From Octopus sinensis (lineage: Eukaryota), in the NCBI RefSeq assembly GCF_006345805.1, contig NC_043005.1:6200001-6264000 (forward strand): 64,000 bases of DNA, given 5' to 3'. The notes below the pieces were generated by a model. That model was not told where the DNA came from. It saw nothing but the letters and a program-made list of their open reading frames with translations, and ran no database searches. The position numbers and the translations under genes were made by a program. Positions 63,189-64,000 of this stretch are shown one piece after another. Position 1 is the first letter of the stretch. Every line of letters starts with the position of its first letter.

Positions 63189-64000
63189 CATATATATATA
63201 CATACATACAAACACACACACACACACACACATATAAATGATGTCTAAGGAAAGGAAAAAAATTGTAAGTGTAGACGAACTTTAATTCAATTCAAATCCA
63301 AGTTGGTAAAGAACCAATATACATTCTACAAATTGTTTCAGCGTCTAATTCATTCCAAAGATGAAAAACTCTTCATGAAATACCAATTAGATTCCTCATC
63401 AGGAATTACACACTGGGATGAATGATTACGACCAACAAAAATATACAAAGACATTTCGTAGCCCAGACATGAACAAATAAATGAAGGATAACAAGAACGC
63501 CAGATATTCAAAACTAGAAAAATATAAATATATAAACTCAATATTATGGTAAAATTAAACGAAAATAAAAATAAATATAAATTTAAATTAAGCAGAAAAT
63601 GGAGAAGTCTTGATCAATAACAACTGACAAACATCGATTATTATTTTTTAATACAAAACTTTATTAAAAAATAATAATCAATATTGGTCAATTGTTGTTG
63701 ATCACGATTTCTCTATTGTCTGTTTAATTGAAATTTGATTACTGATAAAATTCTTGTTTATATTTATCCATTGCCTGTATCCTATGAGCATAATATGCTT
63801 GCATATGTATGCCCAGGGTTAACATAAGTAATTCATACCGGTAGTAAAAACGGATATTCTTATCCTCCTTACACGGTTATTCCAACCGCTAACTTTCCTA
63901 ACTTTATATATGTAGAGTAGATGAAACCATGGCGACTGAAGAAGAGGTTTTTTTCCTTGTGTTATTTGTCCTGTACTCTATTTTTTTTTGTTGTTTAAGA

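Overview
Eukaryotic, AT-rich, repeat-saturated genomic DNA. The SINE/LINE families and extreme microsatellite load resemble an octopod cephalopod (Octopus-like); this is inference, not a database match. The whole window appears to lie inside one minus-strand integrin alpha gene. I found four short internal exons with canonical AG/GT sites and compatible phases (47098-46998, 22757-22637, 13339-13278, 5965-5917; 333 coding bp, about 0.5% of the window). They splice into one open frame, (x)NSFNNNTLEVEEDKSEEWFGASLETSGKNGVIV-ACAPRYMYFFGRDKREPIGRCIVKKPSSRMYETYAPCKKG-NKWGFHQIGHCQAGMSASLTK-NGVKLLIGSPGSYFWQ(G), i.e. beta-propeller repeats 2-3 of an alphaV/alpha5/alpha8/PS2-like chain. None of these exons is in the supplied ORF track, whose entries are mostly microsatellite or repeat artefacts. 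The introns (7.3, 9.3 and 24.2 kb, plus two incomplete ones) hold tRNA-type SINEs, RTE, CR1 and Tx1/L1 LINE remnants, hAT, mariner, Tigger and piggyBac-like fragments, Penelope-like pieces, mini- and microsatellites and a decayed 5S rRNA copy. I cannot demonstrate a new biological system. The best leads are: several minimal hammerhead-ribozyme motifs (one reconstructable to a perfect ribozyme by reversing four CpG-type changes); a ~96% identical 204-bp inverted duplication bracketing a candidate in-frame 45-nt cassette exon; two spacerless perfect palindromes (76 and 48 bp); and an ACUAAU-rich hairpin minisatellite just upstream of an exon. Repeat boundaries are approximate and were read by eye.
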